From positions 103,974,001 through 104,038,000 of the forward strand of contig OX597819.1 of NCBI GenBank assembly GCA_951406725.2: 64,000 nt of DNA, given 5' to 3'. The stretch is from Octopus vulgaris. Lineage: Eukaryota. Positions within the stretch are counted from its first letter, which is position 1; each line of letters begins with the position of its first letter. The notes under the pieces are model-generated. The model had not been told where the DNA came from and searched no databases. It was given only the letters and a program-made list of their open reading frames with translations. This document shows, piece by piece, positions 50,940 to 64,000 of the stretch. A program made the translations under genes and the position numbers.

Positions 50940-51027
50940 AAAGTACATAATGTTAACTTATAAATAAATATAAATATAAAATGAATAAAAATACACACAC
51001 ATTTAAATACTTATATAGATATACATA

Positions 51028-52325
51028 CAGCAAAACTTGGAATATTTTGGAAGCTTTATTTTTCATATATTCCTGAGCGTAAATACTAAAATGTTATTTT
51101 CTATTTAGGGTGGAGGTATATAGAGTTAATTTAAGCAGAAGTTCCCATTAATACGATCTAGCATGTCCATTCAAGAATTCAAGCGACAACGCACTGCAGA
51201 TTTGCTTCGTGTCGGGGTTGCAATTAGACTTATTGCTGAGACTGTCGGGGCTGCTATGAGCAGTGTCTCCAGCGTTAAGAACCGAATGCAGGATATAGGA
51301 AGCATCAAGAGAAAATGAGGAAGTGGAGGCATAAATAAAAAGTGGGATAATGCATTTCTTAAATCTCTCGAAGCCGAAATTTCAAAAGATCCAGCAACAT
51401 CCACGAGAAAACTGTCCATGGACATCAAAGTTGATCCAAAGACCATCAGAACTGCTGCACACATTAATTTACAGTTGGTGTCATATGTGAGGACCCCGAT
51501 ACACCTATTGATCCATGCAATGAAAGCCAGAAGGCATGAAAGTGCCAAAAAGGTGTTGCGATATCTGAAGCACAATGGACACACCGTCAAAATTCATCCA
51601 GATCTAACAATCTTTACTGTTGATGCTGTTTTAAACCGTAGCAATAATCGATACATTGCAAAGTCACCTTCTGAAGTAAAGGGCGTCTTTAGGATCAAGC
51701 ACCCAGCTCAAGTCATGTTATTCGGAGTCGTGGCGTCTGACGGAAAAAAGATGCCTCTCTATTTTTTCAAGTCTGGGGAAAAGTTGAGGGCTGAATTTTA
51801 TTAAAGGTCCTGCGGTACAAGGTTTTACTTTGGCTGACGTCTCATTACCCCAACGATAATTATGTGTAGATCCAAGGTGGTGCTCCTGCTGATACGGCGA
51901 AGAAAGTGCAGACATTCTGCGAAGACAACTTCACCAACGTTTGGCCTGCTAACTTCTGGCCTTCTTCCAGGCCAGATTTGAGCTCCTTGGACTATGCCAT
52001 ATGGGGCAAATCGGAGCATTCTACCAACAGAACTTTACATCCAAGTGTTGATCATCTTAAACAAGTCCTGAGGGAAGAGAAGGACAAGAGAAGGACAAGT
52101 ACTTCATCATTAAGAGTTGTGACGCCTTCAGGTGGAATGCGAAGGCTGTGGTAGACAATGAAGGCAGACAACTTGAATAAATTGTTTTTTATACTCCTGT
52201 AAATTTGTTTTTTATACTCCTGTAAATTTATACTCCTGTAAAAATATATTTATATTAGGTTGCTGGTTGTCGTAAAATAAACAATTTGGTAAATTATCTA
52301 TTATTTTCCAAGTTTTGCTTCCCTG
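51028..52325 (+). mobile_element. Near full-length decayed maT (DD37D) transposon
   Basis: TIR core AGCAAAACTTGGAA / TTCCAAGTTTTGCT with TA flanks; transposase from ATG 51163 with stops; QGGAP...WPSSRPDLSSLDY gives 37-residue spacing (second catalytic D mutated to G). Confidence 0.88.
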
Positions 52326-52373
52326 TATACACACATATATACACATAAATACATATATAAATATACATAAATA

Positions 52374-52436
<63 letters not shown>

Positions 52437-52729
52437 TTAATATATACTTAAATGTACATACATATTTACATTTATAAGCATACACAATAATCAATTATTA
52501 CTAATATTATTAATATTAGATTCATTCTATTATTCATATTAGATATAATATTGGTCTATAAATAAATGGTAAGATATCTCTTTACCTTCATCCATTTAGT
52601 ACACGAGGCAATGTAATTAAAATGCAAAAATGCACTTGTGTATAAATAATTGGGTATTCTACCAGCAGTATATTAGATATATATTATCCCTTAGTTGGTT
52701 GGATTCACAACCTCTAACTTTCTATATTT

Positions 52730-53590
52730 TCAGCTCAGTGCTGCGGCCATGCTAATGCACCGCCGTTTTACTACACTGTTATTACTGAGAGCTTCCTCCA
52801 ATATGTGGGTGAAGAATGGAATTTGATGTGCTACCCTCATTTACACATCTGCCGTGAAGTAGGTTCATCTGGGACTCTCGACAGGAAGAGGTCCAGCTTT
52901 GATTTAAAAACACCTACATATACTTTGCGCAGATTCCTCAGGCTCTTTAGAAGAATATTAAAAAGCTGTGGGCCCCTGAAACCCAGGCTGTTGCAGTAAC
53001 CGGTCCTGTAGCGCGATGGGGTTGCTGGGATCTATGGCGCTATGCTGTGTCGTCCAGTTCTGACATTGGTGTAGCTTCCAATCCCAAAATTTGGCACAAT
53101 TCCTACCAGGATCTTCCAGATGTGTATTACTGCATACCTCTCCCGCCTTATCTCCAAGGAGTAGTCTTAGCTGTTCAGCCTTACCCAGTAGCTGAGCAAT
53201 TGCAATGGGACGATATTCTTTGTGCATCTTCTCTGGATTGCTTTAAGGCCAGCTGTTAATTTCACACTGGTGGGTGACAATAGCTGTGAGCAGTAATCCA
53301 GGTGGCCGAGGACGAATGTACGCCAGAAGACCATCATGGTTTCCTTATCTCTGGATTTGAATGATCTCAGGATCGAGCCAGCCAGTCGTCTGCACTTTGC
53401 TGTCATCCTGGTAATGTGCACTTGGAAAGAGGTATCATCACTCATGTCGAAAACCAGGTCCCTCACTGATTTTGGCCCTGGGATTGAAATTTCCTGTGGA
53501 TCAGTGAACCCTGTAAGTTTCATATTCAGTTTGAATGCTGATAGCGCAGGACTTGGAATTGTTGCCCCTTGTAAACATAAGGACATAGGA
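52730..53590 (-). mobile_element. CR1-like LINE 3' fragment (same family as 11020-11915)
   Basis: ORF 53167..53586: VRDLVFDMSDD..ILRSFKSRDKETMMVFWRTFVLGHLDYCSQLLSP. Confidence 0.85.
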
Positions 53591-54037
53591 AATGTGTCAA
53601 GGCCGACAGGAAGCGTTGCTGCTTCCTTGGGCTAAATAGCAGTAGTATGATTCCCTTCATGGGACTGTCATATTAAGTCGACAGTATACAACTAATTTAT
53701 CGTACCACTACTGCATACATTTCTCAGGGATATTTAGAAATGTATTATTTGTATTTTTATAATTTATTTCACTAGAATTCTTATATGATTACAAGAGCTA
53801 GATAGGCAGCTCCAACTAGCAGGCCATGCTACTCCAGACTGATAACGAGCAAAGACTCAGAAACTTGTCTCTGATTGCAGGCTTAGCTGGATGGAGGTGC
53901 TTATCTCCCCCTTGTAAACATAATATCACAGGAAATGTGTAAAGGCCAGCAGGAAGCGTTGCTGCTTCATAGGGCTAAATAGCAGTAGTATGATTACCGT
54001 CATGGGACTGTCACATTAAGTTGACAGTATACAACTA
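53565..54037. repeat. ~130-bp direct repeat
   Basis: CCCCTTGTAAACATAA..CAGGAAGCGTTGCTGCTTC..GGGCTAAATAGCAGTAGTATGATT..GACAGTATACAACTA at ~53565-53694 and ~53908-54037. Confidence 0.85.
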
Positions 54038-54093
54038 CTTTAAACTGCATATTATTATGAATATATATAAATATAAATATATATATACATACA

Positions 54094-54147
<54 letters not shown>

Positions 54148-54316
54148 AATATATATAAATATATATATGAATATATATAAATATATACATATATAAATAT
54201 ATATATATGAATATATATATAAATATATATATATAAATACATATAAATATATAGATATATGAATATACACATATATATATGTATATATATATATACACAT
54301 TTATATATAAATATAT

Positions 54317-54348
<32 letters not shown>

Positions 54349-54408
54349 ATAAATATATATAAATATAAATATAAATAAATATAAATAAATATATATATAA
54401 ATACATAG

Positions 54409-55060
54409 ATGTTTATTTACTTTACCGGTTTCACTCTTTGGAAAAAGATTGTCAAAAGTAACATGTAGAAGTTTGGTTGCGTTAATTATTGGCTGTTACA
54501 AATTGCCACATTACATATATACAGTATTTGGTAACATGGACATGTTAAGGACATAAAAAAGTTCAACAAGTTCCTTGAAATATTGGGCACAAAGGATTAC
54601 TAGATAAATAATCGTTCTGAAGGACATGGTTAAGATAGTTTCCAGAAGAAATTGATATTGATATTGGTATTGTATCTGTATATTCAAACATGCACAGAAT
54701 ATTGGTTGACACAGAGTTCTACAATCTATATAAATATACATTCTTTGGTGACAAGAGCATGTGGAGAATATAAAAAAGTTTAGCAAGATCATTGAAATAA
54801 TGGGCACAAAAGATTACAACAAATATATTATACATTCTCAAGATAATTTCCAGAAGAAATTATTAAAAAAGTTCAGTATACACGTACAGAATATTATGAG
54901 TTCAAAAAGGTTTACATTATAATAGTAATGAAGCTAAAACTGACCTGTCCGCTATGGTAGCGTAAAAGGAGGAGTAATGTGGAACTGAAGAGAATTTAAC
55001 CATTGTTTTTGTCTCTCCTTCAAGCATCAATGATTTAGGGGTCAGGATGGGGTGAGTGTG
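54409..55060 (-). mobile_element. Non-coding dispersed repeat homologous to the arms of the 57754-59820 palindrome
   Basis: Shared blocks ATGTTTATTTAC..ACCGGTTTCACTCTTTGG..AAGATTGTCAAAAGT, GGTTGCGTTAATTATTGG and ACTGACCTGTC. Confidence 0.7.
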
Positions 55061-55726
55061 TGTGTCTTTGTGTGTGTGTGTGTGTGTGTATACTTACATA
55101 TGTGGTGTGAATAGAGGTGTTTGTATGTCTGTAAGATTTGGTAGGATGGTGTGTCCGTTTGTCAACCGCGTGTGTGGTTGTCTTGGTGTTGTGTGTGTGT
55201 GTATGTATGTATGTGGATGGCATTTGGCATGGTGCTGCGTGTGTATATGTGGTTCTGTATGGAGGTGAGATTGATGTGAGTGTGTGTGTCCTTGTGTGTG
55301 TGCATATACATGTATACATGTGTTTGTTTGTGTGTGGGGGCTGTTTTTGATTTGTTTCAGGGTGGTGTAAATAGATGTGGTGTGAATAGATGTGTGTTAT
55401 TTAAAGAATTTTGGGGGGTAGGATGGTGTGTGTATATGTGTGCCCGTTTGTGTGTGTGTGTGTATGTGTGTGGTTAATGTTTATTAGTGTGTTGCGTGTG
55501 CCTTAGTGTGTATGTGTTTGTTCGTATGTGTATCCATATTTGTTGGGTGTATATGTGTGGCATGTGTGTATATGCGTTTTGCGTGTGTTGGTATTGAGTA
55601 TGTGTTTGTGTGTGTGCGTATATACAGATATATATATATCCATACATATATATATACACACATAAATACATATATGTATGAAACAATACAAACATATAAT
55701 TATATAAATACATTCAAAAAACACAC

Positions 55727-55762
<36 letters not shown>

Positions 55763-56219
55763 GCATACATATACATATATGTGTGTGTGTATGAATAAAG
55801 TAATAAAAAAAACATTTTGTACGAAAGAAAAGTATTGTTGCTGTCAATATTTCATTGTTATGGATAATAAAGGGGAGAAATGAATATTTAAAGTGGCTTC
55901 ACTTAGCTGCTTGGTTCACTGTTATTTCTTTCGTTTATTTTTGTCTTAATTCATGTACAGGATGAAAAATAGGATGTTTTGCAATGGGAAGCTGATTCAA
56001 CGGAAAGCGGAAATATGTGTCAAAATTAAGAGTCACTAAAATGATACGAAATATATTTTGTCGAATTTAAGAGGATGCTAAGATAAAATAATATAAAGTT
56101 TAAATATATATGTAAACATAAGAAAGAAAGAATATATATGTATACATAATGAAATTAAAGAAATGAAATGGAAAAAGGATGAGTAAATAATATTACTTTT
56201 GATACATCAATTCTCGGGT

Positions 56220-57150
56220 GAGGGATAGGTCGATCAGATTGCTCCTTGTTCTCAATTGGTATTTACTTTATCGAACCGGAAAGGGTGGAAGGCAAAGTTG
56301 AACTCAGCAGAATTTGACCTCAGAAGTAAAATCAGATAAAATAATATTAATAAAAAAAATATTAATAAGTGTGTGAAATAGTACTAATAAGGATAAAATA
56401 ATATTGCTTTAAAATTTTGGCACAAGACCAGAAGTTCCAGAGGAGAGAGTAATCGATTATATCGATCCCAGTGTTCAAGTGGTACTTATTTTATCGACCC
56501 CCAAAGGATGAAAGGCATAGTCGACCTCAGCGGAATTTGAACTCATAACGTAAAGATGGACGAAACACCGCTAAGCATTTTGCCCGGCGTGCTAACCATT
56601 CTGCTAACTCACTGACTTATGCTGATTAAATAATCCTTTCTACACTAGGCACAAGGACTGAAATTTTGGGGGAGGGGGCCAGTCGATTAGATCGACCTCA
56701 GTTCTTATGTATACATATATATTTAAACTTTATATTATTTCGAAAGGATGAAAGGCAATGTAGACCTCGGCGAAATTTGAACTCAGAACGTAAACTCTTT
56801 TCTACTCTAGGCACAAGGCCCGAAAATTTTGGGGGAGGGGGCCAGTCGATTAGATCGACCTCGGCGGAATTTGAACTCAGAACGTAAAGACAGACGAAAT
56901 ACCTATTTCTTTACTACCCACAAGGGGCTAAACACAGAGATTACAAACAAGGACAGACAAACGGATTAAGTCGATTTTATCGACCCAGTGCGTAACTGGT
57001 ACTTATTTAATCGACCCTGAAAGGATGAAAGGCAAAGTCGGCATCGGCGGATTTGTACTCAGAACGTAGCGGCAGACGAAATACGCTAAAGCACTTCGCC
57101 CGGCGTGCTAACCATTCTGCTGGCTTACCGACTTATGCTGATTAAATAAT
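56220..57150 (-). mobile_element. Cluster of nested SINEs of the 29520-30130 family
   Basis: Repeated ATCGACCC..AAAGGATGAAAGGCAAAGTCGACCTCGGCGGAATTTGAACTCAGAACGT. Confidence 0.85.
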
Positions 57151-57589
57151 AATGTTACAATTATATTAAGAAAAATAATGTGGTAAAAAAATGTCTAAAT
57201 AAGAAAATATAAAAGTGAAAATGAAAAAAAAGAGAAAAGGTTGGTCACTAACATCAATTTTATATCTTAGTACGCACTATATCACACATATACATAAGCA
57301 TGTAGACATATACAAGTACATTCACGAACACACATCCATATATATGCATGCATGTATGCATGTATGTATGAATGTATGTATGTATGTATGTATGTATGTA
57401 TCCATCTATCTATCTATCTATCTATCTATCTATATTTACACATACATACACACACACATACACACGCACGCACACACACACACATACACACATATGGTGG
57501 TTGTCTTCTCCTTATGCACAGTCTGACCACCTCTTGTACTTACATCTTAGATTCATCATGGAGTCTGATGTGGCTTTTTAAATCAGACA

Positions 57590-57649
<60 letters not shown>

Positions 57650-57724
57650 CATAATTAAATCTCAGAATGATATTGAAACAGTAATTGCTCGATAATGTAA
57701 AGTATAGAAGCCATCTTATCATGG

Positions 57725-57753
<29 letters not shown>

Positions 57754-57761
<8 letters not shown>

Positions 57762-59820
57762 AAAAAAGGTTTGAAAATGCAATTTAAACGATGTTTATTT
57801 ACTTAACCGGTTTCACTCTTTGGTAAAAGATTGTCAAAAGTTACATTTAAGGAAACATTGAATAATATGGGTTCAAAAAAGTTTTTTACATAATTGTCAC
57901 ATTGAATATTATGCATTCAAAAAAGTTTTTTACATAATTGTCACATTGGATATTATGGGTTCAAAAAAAGTTTTTTACATAATTGTCACATTGAATATTA
58001 TGCATTCAAAAAAGTTTTTTACATAATTGTCACATTGGATATTATGAATTCAAAAATGTTTTTTTATACATAATTGTCACATTATTTGGGAAAATTTGGC
58101 AGAAAAGGATAAAACAAATATATTATTGGGAATTGGTTGCGTTAATTATTGGTTGTCGCAAATTGTCACATTACATGTATATATATACAATCTTTGGTAT
58201 ATATATACAGCGTTTTGACAGCAAAAATTAAAATGGCTTTTTTGTACATCTCAGAATATTTTAAGTATGTTTTTACTGACCTGTCAGTATTAGCAGAAAG
58301 GCTGAACTGAGAGAACAGAAGGAGTAGCCAATGTGGTGTATACTTCCCCTTTATGCATGAATGATTTTGGGGTTATCAGGAGGTTAGTATGCGGGTGTGA
58401 ATAGATGTGTCCGTGCCTGCTGGTCAGACAGCGTCTGTTTGTCACACACATATACATACACACAAACACACACACACACAACAACACACACACACACACA
58501 CATAGTATACAAACACACACCACATACAAACAACACACACACACACAGAACACACACACCCACACACAACGCACCCACATATATCACATATATACACAGC
58601 ACACAAATATAACATGTATCTATATATAACATACACAGATATATAACACACATACATACACAACACACACATTTATATGTATATGTGTATATATGTATAT
58701 GCATTGTCTATATATATATATATTATATGTATGTATTACGTATGTATATTGCATGCATATATTGTGTATGTATATTACTTACATGCTGTATGTGTGTATT
58801 GTATGTGTGTATATATATGCTAGGTGTATTTGTGTGATATTTATATTATGTATGTATGTGTACGTATGTTGTGTGTGTGTGTGTGTGTGTGTATGTGTGT
58901 GTGTGTGTGTGTGTTGTGTATGTATGTGTGTTATATATCTGTGTATGTTATATATAGATACATGTTATATTTGTGTGCTGTGTATATATGTGATATATGT
59001 GGGTGCGTTGTGTGTGGGTGTGTGTGTTCTGTGTGTGTGTGTGTTGTTTGTATGTGGTGTGTGTTTGTATACTATGTGTGTGTGTGTGTGTGTTGTTGTG
59101 TGTGTGTGTGTTTGTGTGTATGTATATGTGTGTGACAAACAGACGCTGTCTGACCAGCAGGCACGGACACATCTATTCACACCCGCATACTAACCTCCTG
59201 ATAACCCCAAAATCATTCATGCATAAAGGGGAAGTATACACCACATTGGCTACTCCTTCTGTTCTCTCAGTTCAGCCTTTCTGCTAATACTGACAGGTCA
59301 GTAAAAACATACTTAAAATATTCTGAGATGTACAAAAAAGCCATTTTAATTTTTGCTGTCAAAACGCTGTATATATATACCAAAGATTGTATATATATAC
59401 ATGTAATGTGACAATTTGCGACAACCAATAATTAACGCAACCAATTCCCAATAATATATTTGTTTTATCCTTTTCTGCCAAATTTTCCCAAATAATGTGA
59501 CAATTATGTATAAAAACATTTTTGAATTCATAATATCCAATGTGACAATTATGTAAAAAACTTTTTTGAATGCATAATATTCAATGTGACAATTATGTAA
59601 AAAACTTTTTTGAACCCATAATATCCAATGTGACAATTATGTAAAAAACTTTTTTGAATGCATAATATTCAATGTGACAATTATGTAAAAAACTTTTTTG
59701 AACCCATATTATTCAATGTTTCCTTAAATGTAACTTTTGACAATCTTTTACCAAAGAGTGAAACCGGTTAAGTAAATAAACATCGTTTAAATTGCATTTT
59801 CAAACCTTTTTTCTTATATA
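57754..59820. repeat. ~2.07-kb palindrome: ~915-bp near-identical inverted arms with ~235-bp spacer
   Basis: 57754-58671 is the reverse complement of 58906-59820; the ORF track shows identical ORFs on opposite strands (58290..58580 - and 58997..59287 +). Confidence 0.95.
57860..58085. repeat. ~44-bp minisatellite, about 5 units, mirrored at ~59490-59720
   Basis: Unit AAAAAAGTTTTTTACATAATTGTCACATTG(A/G)ATATTATG(CA/GG)TTC. Confidence 0.9.
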
Positions 59821-59851
59821 ATCCCACTCGTGCGATACCCCACAACTAAAC

Positions 59852-59916
<65 letters not shown>

Positions 59917-60331
59917 GTATATATGTATGTATGTGTTTGTGTGTGTACATCTATCTATCTTTCTATCATATACATATATATTGATAGAAAGAGAAAAAGA
60001 GAGAAAGAGAGAGAGAGAGAGTGAGAGAGAGAGAGTGTGTGTGATAAACCTAGAGAGTGCAACGCCTCCTGGTGTGCGTTGTCAGATTTAGGGAAAATTA
60101 ATTCAAAAGTATTTGGATGGAACATAGTAAGAACAGAGTTGCCTATTTGGGTTATTGTTAAAGAAAATAGCGTTAAAATAAGCGAGAGAGAGAGAGAAAG
60201 AGGGAGAGAAAAAGGGAGAGAGGTACTGCTGAGATATTGAAAGATTGATTGCTTTAATAGCGAATATAAAATATATGGTGGTAGAGAGTGTGATTGATCG
60301 ATAGATTGATAGATACAGACATCGTTACAGT

Positions 60332-60460
<129 letters not shown>

Positions 60461-60586
60461 GAGGAGAAAGACGGTGAGATATGTGATGAAACAAAAGAAG
60501 AGAGGGAGAGTGAGAGAGAGTAGAGAGAAGGACTAATCATAATAATGGTTTTATTCTATAATTGGCAGACAATTCTTCATACTCAC

Positions 60587-60844
60587 CTTCGAAAATATCC
60601 ATTCCTTAATCCGTCCCCCTTTTCGCTGATCTTTCTCAAGTATTTTGAATTTGTTCCTCATTCTAGGAGCATCTTCATTTGAACATTCATTCGGTTCCAC
60701 AGCTTAATCCGCCCTGGGGAGATTAGAGTGGCAAACTTGGTGACTGGATGGTTTAAAAATGGCCGACACCAGACGGCATGCATCTGATCATTTTAAGCCG
60801 CCATTATATTTATTTTTTCCGAGCGCTCAATCCAATTCGTCTTA
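60587..60844 (-). other. Candidate - strand exon of another gene
   Basis: Non-repetitive block bounded on the - strand by tttctgcag| and GAAG|gtgagt. Confidence 0.3.
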
Positions 60845-61051
60845 CTGCAGAAATTGCTACTGTGTTGTAGGCAAGCAAACAAAGCCACTATGATCGTTTA
60901 TTTTAGCTGTTAAAGTGTTAATAAGTATTCATGTGCATGCATGCATATCGCATGAACATGCATATTTATAGCGTAAGTGGTAGCATAGGCAAATATCTTA
61001 ATTTATGTATGTTCACAGGCACGCATATGCATACGCAAATGCACTCACTCA

Positions 61052-61158
<107 letters not shown>

Positions 61159-61373
61159 AATCACTCACTCAGTAACTCACTCACTTTCTCTCATTCTCTC
61201 TCTCTTTTATACACACATGCACACACACCAAACGTTATGGCTATATGTTCTATATACGAATATACGAACTCATTTGTATTTTAATGCCACATGTGTGAGT
61301 GTGAATATGTATGTATATATGTATATATATGTGTGTGTATATATATATGTGTGTGTGTGTGTGTGTATGTATG

Positions 61374-61410
<37 letters not shown>

Positions 61411-61648
61411 GATAGCTTCATGTGTGCTTCGAGATGCACTATTCCAAAAAAGGAAAATGATATATACACATACGGACAGACAGATAGACACACACACACA
61501 TACATGCACTCATATACATACGCACACACGCAAATACAAAATATAGATATTAATTTGCTTTATATCTGTAACCCTATGTTTCGTACAGATTACTTGTCCG
61601 CATCAGTGAAACGAACTCTGCTTATTTAACATGTGTATATATATATGT

Positions 61649-61723
<75 letters not shown>

Positions 61724-63650
61724 AACGCACATACTATGGATGGATTTCTGTCGGTTTCGACAATGAGGATTCATTTGTTCCATCAAGTGAATTACTTGCT
61801 CTTTAGTTTGCTTGCAAGTAGCTGTGCGTTTCATTGACATAATTTTCAGACATAATCAACATGATCACGTGTCCTTAGGCTGTATCTTTGAATTACACGT
61901 ACAGTTCAATCGATGAGTTTCTATACAGTTCTCGTCTACTCATTTTCGCTCACAGAGTATGGATCTAACTGAAACGATAGAAAATGAATGACATTTGCTT
62001 AAGTTGTCTTGCTGTAGAGCCGAACCGGGGTCTTAGTGACTGAAAAACGAACGTGGTTGAAGCAATTGATGTTCTTGATATGCAACTTTTTTCCTCATAT
62101 TCTGACATTGAAGTGGGCACCAATTTTTGTCTTACGACAGCCTAGTGTAGTTAAAGGCATGCCTGTTTATCTGAAGGAGAATGAATTAATGTTTTTCACC
62201 AGAAATGTATGTGATACAAGCGTTGCCAAAACAGAAAAAGAAAAGCCACCACCACCACCAAACAACAACAAAAACAAAAATGAAAAAAACAAAAAGAAAG
62301 AAAAACCCTAAAATGAGAGCTTCAAGAGATTTAAATCGCTCAAACTAGACCGTATATCACGACAGAGCATCATAACTCCATAAGTCGAGTGCCCTATGCA
62401 AGTTAAAGCAATGTAGGACATACCTGTCCAGAATGCCTCCACCACAAAAAAAAACAACAAAAAAGAAAAGAAAAAGGTGAATTGACAAGGATAAGAAAGA
62501 GAACCTCTACACTCTTAAACATTCTTCTATCCCTGCTTACCAAAACATCACTCGGAAGGAGGTCGAGAAACTATCGAAATAGTTTGAAATAAAAATAAGT
62601 AGGATGCAGAGTACGAAAGTAGAAACAGTATCAGTTATAAGTCGATTACAAGTTTAATAAAGAACTTGAAACCAAATCATACCAGTGTATATAACTCTAC
62701 AAACTTTCTTCCCTGTAAAATAGATCTGCTCGACACAGTTCGTGTCCAACTCACATTACATTTAACTTCACAATCCACGCAGCGCATACTTAGCTCAATC
62801 GTAATTAAATAATACAATTCACATAACATATATTGTACAGAATCCTCACCCTACATTATAACATGACCCACACATCACATCCTCTACACAGGTAACCCGA
62901 CCCACTCGTCTCTCCATCTCCCGCCATACTTGTTGCATCTAACATCCCTTTCCCCGCACTAACCACTATGTCCACGCTTTCATTCTCAGTGCATCATCGC
63001 TCTACCTTTGCTCATGTCTTCTCTGCAGGTGTTGACCTACAACAGTTTAATCGAAGCATTAACAACATAAAGTACCCCAGTCTTGGAGGGCCTGCAAAAG
63101 TCATAGATACTGCCTTACCTCTTCCTCTAGACTCAGCAATTAAAAAAGAAAAACATTCACCATCTCGCACAAAACACGATTCACACGTTATATACGAAAC
63201 GCAGCCATCACCCTACACTATAACACAACCCATACATTATCTACGGAACACAATCATCACCCTGCACAATCCACGCATCATGTATTCTACACTCTTTCTA
63301 GGAATAATTATTCAGCACTTTCGGCAGGCAAAATACACCTCTCTAAGATTAATTACCCCTTTAAGATACGTAAGTATCTTATTTCCGAGAGAGTATGCAC
63401 TTCAGCCTCGAAGAAATAACTTCCATGTTGATTATTCCGAGACACAACTGGATGTATAAGTGTCTGCTTTAGAAATACTCGTCCGTTCCGGGTAGTTTTA
63501 TATCCAACCTCACATAACCAATAACGATTTACTGTTAGTACATTGAGGGACTCTGCCTTTTTTTCTTACGCTGGATGAGAAGTATAGTACACAAAACAGA
63601 ACGATCTGAAGCGGAACAATCACGACCAGGCCCAATTAAATTATTATCTA

Positions 63651-63948
63651 CTAGCAGTATCGCCCGGCGTTGCTCGGGTTTGTAAGGGAAATAACTATAT
63701 AAGCATTTATAGAGAGTTACTTCCCTTATATAAACCGAGCGAAAATGCATTAAAAATGCGGAAAAATTATGGTAATTTGTTTTTAATCGTAGACTCATCG
63801 TAGACGCGCGCTATTACCTAGAAGGGCTCGATATGAATCACGACTATAAGATACCCGCTTTTGGTTAAACTGCACCGCAAAATGTGGGAGTAGTTAGGAA
63901 TCTAAATCGTAGGAGACAAACACACAACTTCACTTTTATATATAAAGA
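63651..63948 (-). mobile_element. Short non-autonomous Helitron
   Basis: - strand: A|TCTTTATATATAAAAG ... CCCGAGCAACGCCGGG hairpin ... CTAG|T. Confidence 0.8.
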
Positions 63949-64000
63949 TATGCACATTTGTTGAGAACATAAGGTGAAAAGTAGACGCTATATGACAAAT

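Noticed and set aside
57860-58085. Regular repeats resembling a CRISPR array
   Set aside because: No unique spacers, eukaryotic context and no cas genes; it is a tandem minisatellite.
62968-63459. 163-aa ORF
   Set aside because: No recognisable domain or clear splice context; likely a retroelement remnant or chance ORF.

Overview
AT-rich eukaryotic DNA packed with microsatellites and transposons. The SINE types and TA/CA/TACA/GATA repeats suggest a cephalopod such as Octopus (inference, no search run). Most entries in the ORF track are microsatellite noise. Reading splice sites directly reveals a + strand gene that the track shows only in fragments: 16 short exons (89-100 nt) between 2665 and 40305 alternate strictly between an A type (phase 1 to 2) and a B type (phase 2 to 1). 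They splice into a stop-free 1488-nt frame (496 codons) encoding 8 tandem copies of a 60-64 aa six-cysteine domain (C-x7-C-x16-C-x8-C-x7/8-C-x11-C) that I cannot assign to a known family. Its start and true stop are unresolved. Introns and flanks hold decayed mariner (DD34D) and maT (DD37D) transposons, Helitron pieces, RTE and CR1-like LINEs, tRNA-derived SINEs, Penelope-like elements with hammerhead ribozyme motifs, foldback elements and a near-perfect ~2 kb palindrome.
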